Of a stretch of DNA of 64,000 bases, positions 60,551-64,000 are shown one piece after another. This DNA comes from an uncultured Acidimicrobiales bacterium (lineage in GTDB: Bacteria > Actinomycetota > Acidimicrobiia > Acidimicrobiales > SHLQ01), in contig CALHTF010000011.1 of NCBI GenBank assembly GCA_938038815.1, forward strand, positions 33,063 through 97,062, read 5' to 3'. The notes below the pieces were generated by a model. It was not told the origin of the DNA. It saw only the letters and a program-made list of their open reading frames with translations, and did no database searches. Every line of letters starts with the position of its first letter. The first letter of the stretch is position 1. Made by a program: the position numbers and the translations under genes.

Positions 60551-61654
60551 GTGACCAACACCGAGGTTGAGTACAACGAGATTGCTATTGCCACCGCGGC
60601 CCGGCTCCATGATTTACGCACCGCGGCGGCCGCCGCTCGCAAGAAGTCCGACCGGCCCGCCCGAACGCTCGATCAGATGCTGCCGTCGTTCGACAAAACG
60701 GCGCTGGGCGTTGCCGCCGAATGGGAGCAGATGGGCGAGCGGTTGGTGTCGGCCGAACTCGAAGCCCAAGCGCAGGCCTTGGGTGCACGGTTTGAGCATC
60801 TTGGCGTCACCCTCGGCACCGTGATTCACGACGTCGATCTCACCAACCGAACCGATGATCTCATCGCCTTCATTCGAGCAACGTTGCTGGAACGCAAGGT
60901 CATCTTCTTTCGCGACCAGAACCTGAGCGAGGACGACCAGGTGGCGTTTGGACGGTGCTTTGGTGGGCTCGATGCCTTCCCGTTCGGCATGCCCGGCGAG
61001 AACCCGTACATCCTCGAGATTCACCACGGTCCACGATCCCCCGGGTTCGAGAACGGCTGGCACACCGATGTCACCTGGATGGAGCGCCCGTCGCTCGGGT
61101 CGATTGCGCAGCTCATCGAGAAGCCCGAGGTCGGAGGCGACACGCTGTTTGCCGACAGCCACGCGGCCTATCTCGGGTTACCCGTCGATCTTCGAGAACG
61201 GGTCGATCACCTTACCGGCGTCAACGACTATCGCAACTTCCTTGCGGGCTACGGCGGCAAACCGGTACCCGAAGAGGTGGCCGCCGATATCAAGGCATCG
61301 ATCCCCTTCGGTGTGACCCACCCGCTCGTGCGAACCCATCCCGAAACGGGCAAGCAGGCCCTCTATATCCATGGCGGATTCCTGCGCCACGATTCGCTTG
61401 CTGACTCCCGCACGGGCGAGTCGCTCGACCCGGGGGAATCTCGAGCGATCGTCAAACGGCTGCTCGAACAACACGCCAGGCCAGAATACGGATGCCGGTT
61501 CGCGTGGGAAGTCGGCTCGATTGCCTTCTGGGACAACCGAGCCGTGCAGCACTACGCCGCATCGGACTATTACCCCCACCGTCGAGTCCTACGGCGGGTC
61601 ACCGTGAGCGGCGACAAACCGTTTCACCGCTCGACTGGCTCGGCGGATACCTAG
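60551..61654 (+). CDS. TauD/TfdA-family Fe(II)/2-oxoglutarate-dependent dioxygenase
   Basis: WHTDVTWMERPSLGSI (HxD facial-triad region), GGDTLFAD and the distal His in WDNRAVQHYA. GTG 60551 is preceded by AGGAGG. Confidence 0.85.
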   Translation: MTNTEVEYNEIAIATAARLHDLRTAAAAARKKSDRPARTLDQMLPSFDKTALGVAAEWEQMGERLVSAELEAQAQALGARFEHLGVTLGTVIHDVDLTNRTDDLIAFIRATLLERKVIFFRDQNLSEDDQVAFGRCFGGLDAFPFGMPGENPYILEIHHGPRSPGFENGWHTDVTWMERPSLGSIAQLIEKPEVGGDTLFADSHAAYLGLPVDLRERVDHLTGVNDYRNFLAGYGGKPVPEEVAADIKASIPFGVTHPLVRTHPETGKQALYIHGGFLRHDSLADSRTGESLDPGESRAIVKRLLEQHARPEYGCRFAWEVGSIAFWDNRAVQHYAASDYYPHRRVLRRVTVSGDKPFHRSTGSADT

Positions 61655-63846
61655 GCGCTCACCGGCTCGACTCGATCTTCGTCGAAGGGGCGATCAGTTT
61701 CGTCGTCGCTCACATCATCGGGCTCGGCCATCGCTTCTGGCTGATCTGGCTGATCTGGGTGAGGTTTAACCTGTTGCGCCGCAGCATCGGCTTTGCGGCG
61801 GCGTCGACGACGACGAGCTATCAGCAGGGTCAGCAGGAGCAGGCCGCCGAGGACCCCGGCCGCCGTCTTGAGGATCCGCGCCTTTCCGTTCGCTTCGATC
61901 TCGTCCATGCGGCCGTCAACCGATGTCGCTATCGATCGAGCGTCGTCGGCGCGTTCTTCCTCGAACGCTTTGGTTGCATCCGAATACAGGACCTCGGGAT
62001 CTTCACCCCAAAGGCCAACCTGGGTAAGCAGGTTCGGCTCGATGTCGAGGCGAGCCCGAGCCGAGGCGATCGCATCGAGGCTGTCGATTTCGGTACGCAG
62101 ACGATCGGCGATGGGCTGGAATTCATCGACCTTTGTGACGGCTTGAAAATCGACCTCTATCGAGTCGGCCAACTGCAGGCCCATTGAGTCCGCCTTGTCG
62201 GCCCGCTCGTTGCGGATGTCGTGGACCATGGCCTCGTCGGCCATGAACTCGTCGGCGAGTTCGAAGTTCCAGTCGTTCATCGCTCGACGCAAGCCAAGAG
62301 ATGCTGCCCATTCGCCGCCCGCCTCAACGTGGGTCTGATAGTTGGTTCGTGCATCTGCACGATCGTCGAGCTTCGGAAAGTCGGTGGCTACCACGACGTG
62401 TTCTCGAAGAATTCCTTCTACGTCGGCGGTCGAGCCGCGCTCCTCCAGCAGGTCGAGCAGTCTTCGCCAGTTGTCAGGACCCCGGTGAACCAAATCGGGT
62501 TCGCCCTCGCCGAGATAGGAGATGTGATCGTTTGCCGCCGCGTCGACCACGTCGCGCAGCACTTGTTTGCCGCCGTCTTCGGTGGCGATTTGATGGATAA
62601 CCCACCACGACGCGTTGTACGCGTAGCTCTCGCGTTCTTCGTCTTGTTCGCCCAGCGGTTCAGCGTCCCAGGAGTTGAGGTCGAGCAGGGTTGACCGGGT
62701 TGGTTTGTCGGGCTTTCGGCCCTCGTCGAGTTCGAGAGCGACCAGGCCTTGGTGGGCGAACTCTTCGGTGAGTCCCTCGTTGATCCATCGCGAATTGAAG
62801 AGTTTGCGGTTGAACCAGGCATGACCGAGTTCGTGAAGCGTTACCTCGGCGTCGAGGCTTTCGCCGATCTCGATGTTGTCGTTGCTCGTGTCGTACCAAC
62901 CGGCGTAGCCATAGAGGTAGGGCGTAGAAGCTTCGGTGATCGTCAGCTGGCCCTCGACTGGCCACGGCTGACCGATCGCTTCCTCGAGGACCGGCAGGCC
63001 ATCTTCGACCAGTTCGGTGACGGTCTCGAGCCATTCGGTATCGTCGGGCCACGCTTTGACCACCACGTCGTAGTCCTCAACGTTGGCGACCGCCTCGACG
63101 AGCTCGTCGTCGTCACGAACGGTCACGTAGGTCCAGAAGTCTCGGGGCTCGTCGATGTCGACCGCTTCGTAAATGATGTATCCCTCGTCGTCGGGACTTG
63201 CTCTTTTGAGGTCGTCGCCGATCGATTCGACCACCATGCCGGGCGATACCCGCAGGCGCACGGTCGCTAACCCCGGATCGCCCGTGGTGAACACGCCGAA
63301 GGAGTGGTAGGCGCCGTTCGAGCGAAACAGGCTGTCGCCGCGAGGGGTGCCTGAGGGAATGAGGTAATCGGCTTCGAGGACTCGAGTCTGGTTGTAGCGA
63401 AGGTTCGAGAACCCAACCGATTGCCAACCAAAGTCGCCACCGTCGAACTCGGGGTCCTCCTCGATCCTGGGCGTCAGCGTTCCACCGCGGCTGGTGATGG
63501 TGAGGTCCTGGGCTTCATTAGGGATGAAGAAGTTGAACCGGTTGTAGAAGAAGTACTCGATGTAGTTTCCACGACGCCGGTCGCGGGTGACGTTCGTGAT
63601 CGTGTGTTGCTCGTGTACCCGGACCGCATCCAGGTCGTCATCGACGGTGTAGGTGGTTTCGGACTTCACCACGAGCCCGCCTTCGGCGCTAGCGGGGCGC
63701 TGGTCGGCGAGAAGCAGCAGCCCGATCGCTAGGGATGCCGCCATGAACAGTCGTAGTACTCCGCCGATACCAAAGGTCATGCTATTGCTAACGGCCAGGT
63801 CAGGCACTTGCTTTACCCGTCTTCGGTGTACCGCCTGGTTCGCCAT
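61651..63846 (-). CDS. Membrane-anchored M1-type (gluzincin) zinc metallopeptidase
   Basis: HELGHAW-X-WINEGLTEEF (HExxH-X18-E with the WxNEG block). N-terminal signal/TM (alternative start ATG 63780, MTFGIGGVLRLFMAASLAIGLLLLA). C-terminal TM (AAGVLGGLLLLTLLIA) followed by RRRRRRRK and an acidic tail. Confidence 0.8.
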   Translation of the reverse strand: MANQAVHRRRVKQVPDLAVSNSMTFGIGGVLRLFMAASLAIGLLLLADQRPASAEGGLVVKSETTYTVDDDLDAVRVHEQHTITNVTRDRRRGNYIEYFFYNRFNFFIPNEAQDLTITSRGGTLTPRIEEDPEFDGGDFGWQSVGFSNLRYNQTRVLEADYLIPSGTPRGDSLFRSNGAYHSFGVFTTGDPGLATVRLRVSPGMVVESIGDDLKRASPDDEGYIIYEAVDIDEPRDFWTYVTVRDDDELVEAVANVEDYDVVVKAWPDDTEWLETVTELVEDGLPVLEEAIGQPWPVEGQLTITEASTPYLYGYAGWYDTSNDNIEIGESLDAEVTLHELGHAWFNRKLFNSRWINEGLTEEFAHQGLVALELDEGRKPDKPTRSTLLDLNSWDAEPLGEQDEERESYAYNASWWVIHQIATEDGGKQVLRDVVDAAANDHISYLGEGEPDLVHRGPDNWRRLLDLLEERGSTADVEGILREHVVVATDFPKLDDRADARTNYQTHVEAGGEWAASLGLRRAMNDWNFELADEFMADEAMVHDIRNERADKADSMGLQLADSIEVDFQAVTKVDEFQPIADRLRTEIDSLDAIASARARLDIEPNLLTQVGLWGEDPEVLYSDATKAFEEERADDARSIATSVDGRMDEIEANGKARILKTAAGVLGGLLLLTLLIARRRRRRRKADAAAQQVKPHPDQPDQPEAMAEPDDVSDDETDRPFDEDRVEPVSA

Positions 63847-63941
63847 GAACTCATCAGGGCCGAAGAATCGCAGGTTGAGGGCGATGCAGAGTCATGGTCA
63901 GAGCCTGGTTTTGAACGCCGGGGGTGCGGTAGTTTGCGCCT

Positions 63942-64000
63942 ATGACCACCTTTGTTCTGATCCACGGTATGGGCCATGGCGGTTGGTGTTGGGAGGCGGT
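63942..64000 (+). CDS. Alpha/beta-hydrolase-fold protein, 5' fragment only
   Basis: My translation from ATG 63942 is MTTFVLIHGMGHGGWCWEA, a typical N-terminal strand plus oxyanion HG motif of alpha/beta hydrolases. The gene runs off the window. Confidence 0.5.
   Translation, partial: MTTFVLIHGMGHGGWCWEA

Overview
The window is a gene-dense, high-GC chromosomal segment, most likely from an Actinomycetota genome. The evidence for that placement is an hspR-containing dnaK operon plus DUF3152, ArfA-like BON/OmpA, DivIVA-like and DUF456 genes. Assignment to any lower rank would be a guess.

About 60 protein-coding genes can be supported. They include:
- a partial cytochrome P450 and a succinate-semialdehyde dehydrogenase (gabD-like)
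- an OmpR/HisKA two-component pair
- dnaK-grpE-dnaJ-hspR followed directly by clpB
- a tight purA-purD-purB-purC block
- an HD-domain / PEP-utilising / phosphodiesterase trio
- pheA, and larB plus a short larC followed by an MBL-fold hydrolase
- an envelope-related cluster: a proline-rich zinc-ribbon protein, a DivIVA-like protein, DUF3152 and a BON-OmpA protein
- a matB-like ligase, an ammonium transporter, a GH2 beta-galactosidase and a family III CoA-transferase
- a Sec-secreted beta-propeller protein with RTX repeats
- an SDR / FGGY kinase / FAD-oxidase operon
- many small accessory enzymes (ArsR, SRPBCC, YCII, VOC, thiolase, PaaI, DJ-1, HAD, DUF2236, cyclase, TauD) and a membrane-anchored M1-type peptidase

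I found no rRNA, tRNA, CRISPR array, transposase, integrase or prophage genes. I also could not recognise any complete, obviously novel multi-gene system such as a defence island.

The most unusual signals, in order of interest:
1. A hairpin-forming intergenic repeat family with three clear copies. Two of them bracket the RTX/beta-propeller gene in direct orientation.
2. A larB-larC pair in which larC has only its N-terminal domain, with no larE or larA nearby, followed by an MBL hydrolase.
3. A 592-aa disordered proline-rich protein with a C-terminal zinc ribbon, divergent from a DivIVA-like / DUF3152 / BON-OmpA cluster.
4. A co-directional HD (PhnZ-like) / swivel-domain-only PEP-utilising / phosphodiesterase trio.
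5. Three consecutive hairpins with CCCC loops downstream of clpB, a possible 6C-like sRNA.

All functional calls rest on motif and family recognition by eye. No database search was run.
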